A model generated the notes under the pieces. The model was not told the origin of the DNA. It made no database searches and was given only the letters and a program-made list of their open reading frames with translations. DNA of 63,193 bases, filler included, from Octopus bimaculoides (taxonomy: Eukaryota): the NCBI RefSeq assembly GCF_001194135.2. It is 6 parts of 6 records of this genome, joined end to end, with 100 filler letters (N's around TTAATTAATTAA, not from the genome) between each part and the next. Parts side by side here need not be neighbours in the genome. Positions count along the whole stretch, not along the records: positions 1 to 16,175 come from NC_068983.1; 5 more parts are not named here. One strand, written 5' to 3'. A program made the position numbers and the translations under genes. Of the stretch, positions 1 through 13,040 are shown one piece after another. Numbering within the stretch: the stretch's first letter is position 1; the number at the start of each line of letters is the position of its first letter.

Positions 1-55
1 TATATATATATATACATATATTATAAGGTTTTTAAACTTTTATTTATATATATAT

Positions 56-86
<31 letters not shown>

Positions 87-244
87 TTATAAGGTTTTTA
101 AACTTTTATTTATATATATATATATATATATATAATTCATATCTGGACTTCAGACTACCTACCTGATAGAGAAACTCATTGTTTTGCTTGAAAGCTATGC
201 TGGATTTGTTTTGTGGATAAAGAAAAAAAGGCAAGCAGAAGTGC

Positions 245-315
245 TGTTATTGTTCAGGCTTAGATTATCCCTGGCTGAGCAAATCTATGATCGATTGGAA
301 GTGTGCCATTTGTGA
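245..315 (-). repeat. Degenerate retroelement 3' tail fragment
   Basis: gttcaggcttagattatccctggctgagcaaatctatgatcg resembles the repeat at about 22025-22100 (gtttaatctccaggtaaacgccgatcgaacagaactattgatcaag). Confidence 0.4.
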
Positions 316-2504
316 CAAGTAAGCAATTGATTGTATTACAACCAGCAGTGGTGGTTATCTTTACTTCTTGGTGTTGTAACTTCGTTGTAGTTTTTGGAGA
401 TGTTGTTGAGGTGTGTGAACAGGAGGATTGCAATGATTGGGAAATATATTTCCAGAGTATTAACATTCTGCATTGTCATTTTCAACATCTCTTGAAAAAC
501 TGTTTACGGCAGTGTATATTGATTCTTCCAAGGCCAAAGTTAAGGATTGCTGACATTGTGAATTACAATCACAATTGCACCTGCAATCAGTTTCACTTAA
601 AAAAAAACTGAGGCCTATACTTGAGAGCTGCAGCATCTGTCTGACATCTTTCATTGGAAGCATTGCACAATGAAGAGACTGCTTCTACTGGAGTTGTACT
701 TGGTAGAGACATATCTTTTTTGGTAAGGTAGTTTATGAAAAGTGAACTCCATTCTTACTGTCCAGTCTGTCATTTGTTGAGACAGTAGAGTGTGATTTGA
801 AGGAGATTTGGTGGCTATTTCTAGCAAGTTAAGGGACCACTTTTTGCAGTGGTAAACTCTATTTCTAATATCTGTAGCTTTAAGATCTTGTGAGTTCAAA
901 TCTACCATTGACATTTTGATGAATATTTGAGTAAAGTACTCAAATATATGTCATCTCAGTTTACCTAACTGTCAAGTGTAAATAAATACCAACTCATGAG
1001 TGGGATTCATGCATTCTATTCAAGTGTATGTTTGCTTCTCAGCCATATGAACCTGAGGCTCAGCACTTTCTTCTGATATTTGCTAAAAGCTTAAATATAT
1101 TTACTTTTTTTTTCTTTTTATAATATACATAGGTTTAGAGAACATGGGTAACTGAATGGGTATTGTATTTGAAAAGCAGCTAAGAGGTTAATAGTCTGAA
1201 TCTTGGTACAGTTCACCTAGCTATGGATATGATGTACTATATTGTAGAAACAACTTCCCATTGATTACAGCATCAGCACCATAAAAGTGGTGTGTAGTTT
1301 AATTTGCTGTACTGAGTTCAATTTCTTTACTGACAATATCTTGGTGATGAATGACTTGCCAAAGATATACTGTACCAAAGCAACTCTTAAATGATATCCC
1401 CAATGACAAAATGTCACCTCAATGATGGCAACATCACTTCCACCACCATGTATAATTATGTAGAGAAGACCATTAATAGTTATTTGACTTTTGCCAGAGA
1501 AGGTGATAAAATACATGATATTAATAGTTCAGTAGTAGATCTATTACCAGATTAAAAATTTTTTTCTGAAAAACTAAATATTTTCAATATTCTTGCATCA
1601 ATACTTAGTATATGTTTAGTCAACCATAACAATGTAGGTAAAACCAAATAACCTACTTACTGAATTATTTGTTTGCTTGGTTTTATTATTGATCAAAATA
1701 AAGGATGTTTCGAATGGATTCTCATAACTAATTGTTATTGATTGCTTTTCTTCAAATATGTTTTAAGCAACAATAACTTGCATGTAGATGACTATTATTT
1801 ACTCTCCTTTACATCTCTCTTTCTCTCTCTCTCACGCACACGCACACACATACACCCATTCACTTTTGTTACTATTTATTCTGTGACCCTCTGGCTCTCT
1901 TCCCAACCAGTTGTGTAAGGGAAACAAAAAACAAAAAAAAACAAATGAATGGGGGCAATGCAGAGAAGAGGGTACTTGCTTTATTTTGCAGGAGGTTCAA
2001 CAGCTTTTCTGGTGCTGACAAATAAATAAACAGTGACAATGTAGAGTAGGCAAAGTGCCTTTATATTTCCAGATACAAATCAATCTCCTGTACTGGTGTC
2101 ATGGTAAAGTATGGCCAATGCAGACTGCAAAGAGGTTGGTGAATGACTAGAGAGAATGTAGGCTTTAGTATTGCTGGGGATGAGACAACTTTCCAGTGCT
2201 GGTGTCATGAAAAAAATGCATCCAGTACTTTCTGTAAAGGGTTGTCAATACAAAGGACATCTTGCCAGAAAACTATGCCAAAAATGAAATGTATGAAGTG
2301 AGATGTATCCCCCCACCACTGCCCCCATGATCAGCTAGTGGTGCAGTAATTTCAAATAAGAACTGACTTGAACTGAAACATGGAGTTTATCTCAGGACTT
2401 GAGTTCCACATTACTACAGAAGATCACAGTGGCATGAAACTTGAGATGCAAAACAAACTTTCAGTTTCTGTCTTAATAAAAGAAGAAACTGTGTGGGTGT
2501 ATAT

Positions 2505-2830
2505 CATCATCATTATCATTTAACATTCATTTTCCACTTTGGCATTGTTTGGAAGGTTTGACAAGCTCTGGCAAGTCACAGAGTTGTGCTGAGTTCCAGC
2601 GTCAAAATTGGTATGATTTCTACAGTTTATCCCTTTTCTAATGCCAACCACTTTACAGTGTATACTAGATACTTGCCTTTTCTAATGCCAACCATTTTAC
2701 AGTGTATACTAGATACTTGCCTTTTCTAATGCTAACCACTTTACAGTGTATACTAGATACTTTTTTCATGCCACTGGTACTAGTGAGATTGTCCAGGAAC
2801 TTGCAAGACAGAAAAGGAAAAGAGAAAAGT
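2505..2830 (-). mobile_element. Old RTE-type retroelement 3' tail with an internal 3 x 44-bp tandem repeat (2632-2762)
   Basis: Starts catcatcattatcatttaacattcattttcca, the reverse of a (GAT)n tail. The unit ccttttctaatgccaaccactttacagtgtatactagatacttg starts at 2632, 2676 and 2720. Confidence 0.65.
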
Positions 2831-3957
2831 TCCTGCTACTGTGTGTGTGTATTATTTGAGAGGTAGAGTATGGCTTGAGAGAAATTTGATTGCTATTTCC
2901 AGCAGATCAAATAAATGCACAATCATTGTCAGTGGTAGTGGCAGCTCATCCCTCAAATCTGAGGATTGATTTCTCCTGGATGAATATTTGAACCATTAAG
3001 GCCAATGGCAAATGTGGCTAACCAGGGCAATCCTCACATAGAACATGCGATTGATTTGGCCACATGTGAATGTCGGAGTCGGTCATGGTTCCTGCTGTCT
3101 GGCCTTCCACTGCCATTGTCTCTCCTCTTTTATCATTCTTTCAAACAATATAACGGCTCCCTCTTTAGTTCACAGCAGACATAATTATAGAATTGATTGG
3201 TAGCTTGAGAGAGAAAATTGTATGTTTTTGAGCTAGTGATTGTGGCATGTGGCTGAATGAATCTTTGCAGATCAATTTTTTAACATCTTTGAATGTGGTC
3301 TGTGTTTCAACAAGAGGAATAGGATCAAGTTATCTGTAAATGGTTATCTAACCAATGTTTGTAGGGAAATAAAGATGTTCGATTAGTGGTGATGGTGGTG
3401 ATGGGATCCAGCATATTAGACATGACAAGTTGGTAGCTTTCAGTTTTCATTTTTTGTTATAACAGCTGTGAGAACTCACATGGATTGTATTTTTTTTTCC
3501 TTGTGTAATTGATTTATTTGTTCTAGTAAGAAGTTTGATGGTCTGGTCAGAAGAAGTTGTGTGTGCATTTAAGGACTTATCTTTTTTTAATACAAGTTGT
3601 TCTCTGAATCTAGTGTCTAACATTGACTAGTCTGTCTTTCAGACAACAATCTATTGATGGTGAATTGTAACATCTGTTTATTTATCCATTATTCTTTAGT
3701 CAAGAGTTCTTCCTTTCTTTTTTCTTTCATTATGTCATATCTCACTTGGTGACTGACATTAATATCCACATCCATTTCAGGCCATTACTAAGGATTCAGG
3801 AGAGACAGTAAATAGTGCAGTTTGAATAAGAAAAGGATTTGTCAAAAATGTTAAACCAGCAAAATTGTGATTTTACATTTTTTAATTTTGTTTTCTAAGT
3901 CCAAATTTCACCACAGTAAATGTTAACTTTTATCACTAAAATATTTAGCAGTAATGC

Positions 3958-5330
3958 ATGTCATCATCATCATCATTTAACATATGTTTTCCTTGATATC
4001 ATGAGCCAAACAGTTTGACAAGGACAGATGAGTCAGATGACTATGCCATGCTATATTATCTGTTTTGGCAAATTTTCTATGGCTGGGTGCCCTTCCTGTA
4101 GGTTGTCATTTTACAGAGTATATGTTTTTTTTGTTTTGCACCAGCACTAGCAGGGTCACCAAGCAACTTGCAAGACAAAATTCCCTTGAATGTTGGGAGT
4201 AGTATTGAGAAAGGTGGCCTTCTACCAGTTGATGGGAGGTTAAAAGAATAATAGAGAGATAGAGATAGGTGTTGTGCTAGAGAAGAGATACAAGGATACT
4301 CCAGTTGGAGAAGGAGGGAGAGAGAAAATAGGGATGGAAAGTAAGAAAGATGGTGGTGGGTATGTGTCAGGACATACCCTCAAGGTACAGTGGGGTGGAG
4401 TGAATATAGGTGAAGTGATATAGAGGATTGGACTAGGTGAGTGGGCTGGAGAAAGTTCCATAAGAATGTGAGGAGCAATGGTTAGATGCCATGATTATAG
4501 AAATTGACAGTGAGAGATATATGAGTGGCTCAGGTATGTTAGATATATGAGGGCATTGGGAGTGACAGCAGATAAAAGAGGTGTTAAGGATGACGTATAG
4601 CAGAGGGAGAGAGAGTATGGCTTGAGAAAGGTAAAAGAAGAGAGGGGATGTATGTAGTATGTACTTATTCTGCTCTTAGGTGATTATGGTGGTCAAATAA
4701 TACCAGAAATAGAGAAGTGATGAGTGTTAGGGAATGAGATGTGGGGAAAAAGCTTGATGGGGGAGTGAGAATGAAGAAGTGAAGAGCTCTACACATATAG
4801 ACATTTATCAAGGTGGTTTTTGGATATCAATTCTGTTGTGGTAGATGAGTGTTCTCAAGTACAGTAAGGTGCCAGATATCTTGGTCCTTTGTCATCTCTT
4901 CCACAAGGCTCAACATCTTGAGATCAGCTTTCAATACTTCATCCCATATCTTCCTTGGTCTCCCTCTTTCACCAGTTCCATCCATTTTGATTGCCATTTT
5001 TTTATGCAACTATCCTTATCCATATGCATCACATGACCAAACCAACAGTTTTCTCTCTTGTACACTGCATTCAGTTCCTTTTATACCTAACTTTTCTCTC
5101 AATATGCTAACACTGCTGTACATGTACTCTAACATTGCACATCTAATGAAGCATACTAACTTCATTCCTCTCTAGTCTTTGTGTGTCCTTTGCATTTAGG
5201 GCCCACATCTCACTTTCATATAGCATTGCTGTTTGTACACAAGCATCATACAATCTTCCTTTAACTCAGAGAGAGACTTTTTGTTGCTAACAGAAGTAAA
5301 AGCTCTGAATTTTCTCCACCCTATTCTTAT
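3958..5330 (-). mobile_element. RTE-clade LINE 3' end (ORF2 C-terminus plus long 3' UTR)
   Basis: Minus ORF 4827-5009 ...GERGRPRKIWDEVLKADLKMLSLVEEMTKDQDIWHLTVLE has the RTE C-terminal GRPRKTW motif. A (GAT)n tail lies at about 3960. Confidence 0.75.
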
Positions 5331-6769
5331 CGTTCTTATACTGTTGTACTTCTTTGTAACAATTGGACTTGTGTGTTTTCAAGCTGAGAAACAGAACCAC
5401 ACTTGATTTTAGTATTATTAAACCAAGCGAGATATACTTTTTCCGAGCATGTTGGACATCCCATCTTTGTTCAATGTCTATCGTGATGTTAAAATGATAC
5501 TGTAAATTTTTGACCTCTCCATTTAAAGTTCAGTGAGCTTGAGGAAATAAGGTTCATGTTGATCTGCTAAAGACTCTTCCTTACCACAGTCTTATGTCAT
5601 TCTGAGTTTATTCACTAAAATTCTTTATTACCTCTAGTCATTTTAAGATTCAGATATCAATGTTAGACTATGCTTCACTAATGAGGTTTAATCATATCAA
5701 AACTTGCTTGGAGTTATACTGCCAATAATCATATTTGTTCTAGTTTTAGTCAATTTAAATTCCGAGTTTGTCTTCCTTGCCTTTCTCAATCATGATTAGT
5801 CTTTAGTAAGATGTGGATTTATCATATAGCAGTCAAGTTCAGCAATAATTATAAAAGCTAATATGATACTTTTAGTGTATATTAATTAGCAAAACAATAT
5901 TTACTATATTGATCAGGTAGTAAACTATTGACCTCATAATACAAACCAACATCAAATATAGGAAACTGTTCTGACAGCAAGGTATGATTTCCTTTTTCTA
6001 GTAGTTTAATGGGGGTTTTCTTTTTCCTTTCATAAGAGAAAAAAGAATAAAGGATATTTTTCATTGTGTCAATACATCTTTTTATGTTTGATATGATTCA
6101 TGCGAACCTACTTTTCTTACTGAATGCTTTGGGTATTTAGCTATTCTTATTGATGAAAAATATTGCTTTAGCTGGATTCACTTGAATCATCAATTTTTTT
6201 TATTGTTCTCCAAATATACTTCATGCATATAAATGTAAAAGTAGTTTTCATATTTTTACCCTACTTTTATTTTTAACATAAATGATTTAATAATAATGTT
6301 TTTATGTACAGTACCTAATTCTAGCTACAAAATAAGAAAATTATGAGCATGGTTTTATTTTTTTGTTCTCATTTAACTCCTATGAATATACTCTTCAAAG
6401 ACCTTAGCAAATAAGATTTTCTGACAGTTTATAAATAAATTTTACAAGTGCTTTCAAAATTTTAAAGGTATCATTGGCTATTTTAGAAAGATAGTAGTAC
6501 AGAATATATTCATATAATATGGCATAAATTTGAAATTTAGGCAAGTTTTATTCTTTGTTGCCTTATATTCCATATGATCTTCAGTGTTTTACATGTTTTG
6601 CTCTAGTATTAATATTAATAGTGGTTATGAAGGTGGTGGTGGCTGTTGTTAAATTCTGTGTTGATTTTTGAGATTGACAGATGATAGAATTACTAGGGTA
6701 TTTAGTAACTGGGTTGCAAGTGTGTAACTTTTCATCCTGTCAGTACTGCATTTACGGAAAAACATAGAT

Positions 6770-6920
6770 GCAGATTTGGTTGTGTAGTTAAGAAGCTTGC
6801 TTCTTTGTCATGTGTATTCTACTATGGCCCCAGGGCCAACTAAATCCTTGTAAGTGAATTTGGTAGATGGAAACTGAAAAAAAAAAAGACTCTGTATGTG
6901 TATGTGTGTGTGTGTGTACA
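6770..6920 (+). mobile_element. SINE family B fragment (CpG-decayed)
   Basis: Matches the full copy at 60371-60806 (...gtgagtggatttggtagacggaaactgaaagaagcc) with CG>TG/CA changes. Similar fragments lie at 7490-7610 (-) and 8110-8220 (+). Confidence 0.7.
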
Positions 6921-7800
6921 CATAAACACACACATACATACAAACATATCTGAAAAATGAACTTTGAACAAATCTATAACATTTTTTTCTTATCTTTTTC
7001 TTTTATGTGTTTCAGATCATTACCAGTTTTTTTCATTCCTCTATGACCATTTTATTTTGTGTTTGTTTTCATGCTATTATTGTATATACTACTGTAAAGG
7101 ATTTCTATATACGCTTCCACAACCAAATCTTTCTTGCCAACTTCACATTTCTAATCAAACTGTTACTTTCATAGCAAATATATCTACTTTTTTTTCTCAA
7201 CAAGTTACTATCTTAAATAGGAACACAGCTTAAAGATCAACAAATTATTTCAATTTGTTGATACTAGCATCATTTGTTACACATTTCCAATAGGACAACC
7301 GCAAATTCATTGCATCTTTGATGGCATGTCTATAACCCAGTGCAAGGAATTTTATAAAGCACAGTTTCTTTTGTTTTCTTACTGACATTTATATCTTAAT
7401 GTTAATATAAATCAAACACGCATGCATACATACGCAGCTACATATATTTATATACATATATCATTGCCTTTGCCAAATTCTATTTACAAAGTATTGATCA
7501 ACTTTTTACAGTAGCGGAAGATACTTGCCCAAAATGGCATGCAGTGGTATCGAATCTTGAACCACATGGTTGTGAAGCAAACACCTTAAACATTCAGCTC
7601 TGCCTGCAGATTTTGATTACATTTATTGTTTCAATAACAATATAACAATTTCAGAATGATGATACTTGATCCTTCCTTTCTTAGGAAGAGTGTTGCTCAT
7701 CAACTCCAAATTAAGCTCTAATATTTGTCTTGTAGGAAAGGATCTTCACCTAATTGATATTGACTGCATGATTGTTAAAAATTTAATTTTTTTATTCCAG

Positions 7801-7918
7801 GTATTTTGGTGACAGCTACAAAAACCTCAAGTAATACATATGCCTACAACACAATTACTGTAGTGCTGTTTACAGAATTACTGAAACTTTTGGCAGCCAT
7901 GCTTATATATTTAAAAAA
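7801..7918 (+). CDS. senju: Internal coding exon of a senju-like / SLC35A-family nucleotide-sugar (UDP-galactose/CMP-sialic acid) transporter
   Basis: Acceptor ttttttattccag|, donor |gtaagc, 118 nt. Translates (G)ILVTATKTSSNTYAYNTITVVLFTELLKLLAAMLIYLK(N). This matches my recollection of the senju N-terminal region (GIFVTAS...YxYNTVTVVLLTExxKL). Confidence 0.85.
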
Positions 7919-8529
7919 GTAAGCCATCTTTAATTTTCACGTAACCTGTGTCCCACAATGTATATTATCCTCTTTACTTGAAACTAAAATTGTTTTTCTT
8001 TTTCCTTCTCCTTATATCATCATCATCATTTTTATATCTGCTTTTTCATATTAGCATGGGTTCATAAGGTTATTATGAACTGAGTCATGTAGTTTGGGCC
8101 TTATGTCTTCTATTATAGCCGTGGGTTGACCAGAGCCTTGTGAGTGGATTTGGTAGACAGAAAAATGAAATAAAACCATTGTGTGTGTGTGTGTGTGTGT
8201 GTGTCCGTGTGTGTGTGTGTGCACGCACATGTGTATGAGTTCACCTCTCCCTTGGTTTTGCTAGTTTGCAAACAATGGCTTCCTGACAGTATTGTTTGTT
8301 TACTGTCCACTACAAAAACATGTCTGGGCCTGTTTCTTGTTCAATAGACTGGGAAATTATTACCTTACTTGAAAACAAGTGGGAGTTGGCAACATGAAAG
8401 GTGTCTTATAGAAAATTTTTCTCCAACACACTTTTTTCTGACCCATGCAAGCATGGAAAAGTAAATGATAATGATGATGTGTGTGTGCGCACATATGTGT
8501 ATACACACACACACACACACATCTTTTTA

Positions 8530-8564
<35 letters not shown>

Positions 8565-8566
<2 letters not shown>

Positions 8567-9165
8567 GAACTAGAGGAGAAGTTTCAGGTGTGGAAGCAAG
8601 GACTAGAATCGAAGGGCTTTAGAGTCAACCTAGCTAAAACCAAAGTTCTAATAAGTAGGAAGGTAGACAAAACACAACCCCCTTCAGGTAGATGGACCTG
8701 CTCATTCTGTAGAAAAGGCATAGGTAGAAACTCCAAAAGTTGTACCCAGTGTAAGCTATGGACACATAAGAAGTGCAGCAATATCAAAGGAAGGCTAACT
8801 AGCAAGATAGTTTTTGTATATGGCAGATGCTCAGGAGCAATAAACACTGAAAATGTGCAGAAAACAACCTTTGCCACATTCCAGGGAGAAAAACTAGAAG
8901 TGGTTGATAGCTTCCGATATCTAGGTGACCAAGTTTGTAGTGAGGGAGGGTGCACTGTAAGTGTAACTGCTAGAATAAGAATAGCCTGGGCAAAGTTCAG
9001 AGAGCTCTCTGAGTGGTTGGCGTTAGGAAGGGCATCCAGCTGTAGAAACTCTGCCAAATCAGATTGGAGCCTGGTGTAGCCTTCGGGTTCCACCAGTCCT
9101 CAGTCAAATTGTCCAACCCATGCTAGCATGGAAAGCGGACGTTAAACGATGATGATGATGATGTT
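8565..9165 (+). mobile_element. RTE-clade LINE fragment: RT region with a Cys-rich finger, joined directly to the 3' tail
   Basis: ORF WKQGLESKGFRVNLAKTKVL...CSFCRKGIGRNS..CTQCKLWTHKKCS...LEVVDSFRYLGD...RIRIAWAKFREL. At about 9008 it switches to gagtggttggcgttaggaagggcatccagc...cgttaaacgatgatgatg. Confidence 0.9.
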
Positions 9166-9794
9166 AATGTATCTGTACACAAAAACATGCATATACAGAC
9201 AAAACAAGTATACGTACATACACACCTACATATACTTGTATGTACAAATGTAGACAAAAGCATAAAATACATTCGTGCGCAAACACAAAAACATACAAGT
9301 ATACATTTGCATACATACCTACATGCAAATATACATATGTGCATACATAAGCATACATATACATACAGGCACATAAAAATACATACACACACACACACAC
9401 GTATATATATATATATAGGAAGGGCATCCAGCTGTAGAAACTCTGCCAAATNNNNNNNNNNNNNNNNNNNNNNNNNNNNNNNNNNNNNNNNNNNNNNNNN
9501 NNNNNNNNNNNNNNNNNNNNNNNNNNNNNNNNNNNNNNNNNNNNNNNNNNNTATATATATATATATGTATATATATGTATATATATATATATACATATGT
9601 ACATATATACACATATACATACACATATATACACACAGATACATATAACAACATGAGCACAAGTGCATAAACATGCCCACACAAGCACACATACATACAT
9701 GCACACACAGAGAATACGTACATACACATAACCTAAGAGTGTAATAAGAACTAATAAGAAAATGAAAAAGAGGTAATCAATAAGACTATTTAAG

Positions 9795-11770
9795 GTTAAT
9801 GAAAAGAAATTTGGACATATGTTTACAAGAGAAAACTCTTTCATCTCTCGAATTTAAGATAGAACCGTTCATTTTCATAATTATATAAGACTCTTCAAGG
9901 CATAAAAGGCACATTCTATTTCTAATCCTATAAGAGGGGCAGAAGAAACAATATTCCAAGAAATTGAGAAAGTTATGTTGTCTCTTTTAAGTTGCCATAC
10001 CTTTTTGGATAAACTAATACTACTTTCTTTCTGAGGATCATTAAAAGATGATTTATGATTATTCAAATGTAATTTAAAAAGGGTCTGTATACTACTTATA
10101 TAATGAAACCTAGGGAGATCATGTGTTGTAATAGTAGCTTTATACACAACATTTTTCATTTTACAATTACCTTTAACCTCACAGGCATTAGGGTTTCTAC
10201 AGTTACAATTGTTACTAATATTAGACGTACTATTATGTGTATGTGTGTTGATAGAGGAAGAGTTTGTGTTAGTATGGGAATCGTTGTTAGAAGATACAGA
10301 GCTATTTGAATAATTAGGGTTAGCATAAGTAGTAGAGGAGGTAAAATTCTTGTAGCAAAGATTTAGTTTTCTATTGTTAAAGGAAGAAATAATCCTAAAT
10401 GAGTTAGGAAAAATAGAAAAGCCAAATATAATTCTGTTATTGAAATATCCCAGCATACCTACATTTACTAAAATTTGATTTAATAATAGAATGAATAGTC
10501 TTTATAAAATTAGACTTCAAATGTTTAGCAAAAGGAAATATAATCCAAATTATGTTATTATTGTGTTTCTTATTGGTATGGTGTTTTTATTGGACGGGTC
10601 ACCCATTCGAATGAAAGGTATAGGTTTCTTTTTACCTCTCATATTAACACCATCACTAACATTGCTATTCTTCCTATTATTATTATAAGGAAAATATTGG
10701 ACATCATTAAAGTTGGTTATATAGTTGTGTGGGGAACTAAGAGTATATGAAGAAATAAGAGAAGATTTTTTTTTTAAATGACTTTGTTTCGTGTTACTAT
10801 TTCTGGGTATGTTAATGTTTTTCACATAATGACTGCCTGTGACATTACAATTGTTTATCTTATTAGAAATATAGGTATTGGTAGAAATCTGGTTAGTAAA
10901 ATTCTAGTTATTTGGTCCATAGTTGTTAAAATTTTTTTTCTTTTTTATGGTGGAGTTATCTTTACAAATATACTGCATAGAGTTAAGTTGTATGCCAGGA
11001 TGTTCCAATTTATGATGGTGTTTAGAACATATGGTGTGTTTATTGAAATTCATATCCATACAGCTGTTGTTATGATTGGAAAATTCATTGTTAATTTTGT
11101 TGTACTTAATTTGATATTCATAACCAGCGTTCCTAAGAGCTAGATTGTAATAGTCTCTATGCTTATTAAAAATTTCTTCATTTCAGGATAATGAGTTAAT
11201 TCTGTTTTCAATGTTATAAGTTATGTTATCAAGAATATTAGAAGAATGATTGCTCTGTGCATGTATATAAGTAATATTGCTATTAGGTTTATGGTATGGT
11301 TGGTAAGCTGAAGTAGTGAGGTTAAAATTTGCATCCAAGAAGTTCACAGAAGTGTGATCCTGCTCAATGATAATGGTAAATCCATGGCTTTTGAAAAATT
11401 TATGTAATCTCTTCTGATATATTTTGATTTTACGGTTAGAAGCATTTCGAACTACAAAGCATCATCCCCATAGAGACCACCTTCGAATTCAGGGAGTTCT
11501 TCATGAAGTAGGTGTAGTAAATAAATCCTGACTAGATCTGTGAATTTCGGCAGAATCTTGCACGCCCATTGGTATATCAAAGAAATCTGGTGTGTCTTTT
11601 CTAGTCCAGAATTTTCTTTGGTGATGAATTATGGTCATCCTCACCTCAAATATAACTTTTATTTCCTTCATTGGTAAGTTAGCCCTATTCTTTATGAAAA
11701 TAAGAGCCTTATTAAGTAGAATAGGACTAATCGATTCGTTTTTTTGTTCCTACTTTCTTCTGATCGTCTT
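9795..11770 (-). mobile_element. Penelope-like retroelement, Naiad-type (RT + GIY-YIG), frameshifted
   Basis: Minus-strand motifs FDIPMGVQDSAE, GGLYGDD, VNFLDANFNL, YHKPNSNITYIHAQSNHS, CNCRNPNACEVKGNC..KNVVYKATIT, FKLHLNNHKSSF, CLLCLEES and ILNSRDERVFSCKHMSKF*. Confidence 0.9.
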
Positions 11771-12229
11771 TCTTACCCCGGGCTACTTTTTGAGTCGGGT
11801 AACTCTCTTGAATTCACCGGCCGGTCTTATCTGTGATCGATGTTTTTTCCTTGTTAAGTTTTCTTTGGCTTTTTCTCTGCTTGTATGTACATTTTTACCT
11901 AAATATTGTAACTTTTTTCAAACATAGTCTTGCCTATCACTTTTAGCCTCGTGTAATATGTATATTTTTTTCATTTTTCAATATTGTTTCAGTCATTTTG
12001 ATTGTAGCCATGCTTAAAATGATATATTTTCTATTTGAAAATTGGTTATGAAAGACATGTAGTCGTTTTATTATCTTTATCTTATGATATTTACTTTGTA
12101 TTATATTATACTTATTTATTGTGCTTTTACTTATTAATTTTTCTATATGTGACAGTGGATTTTCATCGATGAGTTCATGAACCTTGGTTCTTTTCCCTAA
12201 AGCTATATATTTATATATATTTAATACTG

Positions 12230-12995
12230 TGAAACTTTGTGATCTTTCTCACCCAGAGCAGGACTTTCATGACCAAGATGTCCCTGTACTTGGCTGCAGT
12301 GAGCCTGTAACTGACCACGAGCCATACTGGTGGCATCATTACAGAGGCTGGGTGTTTGGTCATGGACATGTAGTGGATCTTAAAGACATCCTGGCTGAAG
12401 CTGACCATGCAGTTCTGCTTGTTGATGACCAGATCGATCATGAAGGTTTTTTTCATCAGAAAAAATGAGAATTCGATTGCCATGTCACTTCAAGTCATTG
12501 AGAAGGTGATGACAGTGCTCCTGACCTTGTTCTCACATATGGTCGATGAGCAGAAGCTTTTCCATGCACCTCAAGCTCTTAACACCCTCCTCCTTGATGG
12601 CCCTGGACATGGAAGCCACCAAGATGTTTTCCGCGAGTGCAGTCATTTTGAACGTCGGATCACTTTCGAAGGCCTTTCTCACAGCCAACTTGTGGTCTAC
12701 CTGATTGAGGTCGTTCTTTAAGGTCTTTCCCATTCTTGGCCCTCTCCACGACTCTGTAAACAGTCATCTGGCTGATGTTGTGATGCTTGGCGATGTCAGG
12801 CTTGTGGCTGGCTTACAAGAGAGCAGAGATCTTGATTCTTTTCACTTCTATCTCAATACACAATGGAAAAGATGTTTTAATGACATGTGCTGAAAAAAGT
12901 AGAACTTTAAGTATGTTTGATGGCACTTTTTCTATCACTATCACACGTATTAACCTCTCAAAAGATCAAAACCGAGTGTAACAGGACCTCAGCAA
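12230..12995 (-). mobile_element. Tc1/mariner-superfamily transposase relic (maT/DD37D-like)
   Basis: KRIKISALL*ASHKPDIAKHHNISQMTVYRV (HTH), FESDPTFKMTALAE, FLMKKTFMIDLVINKQN (~FSDEKTFTVD), TKHPASVM and MPPVW..YRLTAAKYRDIL. Confidence 0.8.
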
Positions 12996-13040
12996 ATATA
13001 TATATATCATGTACTCACATACACACAGACATATCATCAT

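Noticed and set aside
1-135. Duplicated segments beside microsatellites or gaps (20-55/86-120; 9027-9060/9417-9451; 22901-22950/23589-23640; 24269-24310/24407-24450; 31585-31634/31645-31690)
   Set aside because: Each lies at a simple-repeat or gap edge, typical of short-read overlap artefacts. They cannot be treated as real duplications without reads.
258-316. Apparent exon (ag|...GLDYPWLSKSMIDWKCAICD|gtaagc)
   Set aside because: The sequence matches a dispersed repeat tail (compare about 22025-22100), and the peptide does not fit the transporter N-terminus.
7016-7175. Hydrophobic ORF after a good acceptor, considered as transporter exon 1 or an SLC35A4-type uORF protein
   Set aside because: No similarity to either, no suitable donor, and the composition is just T-rich.
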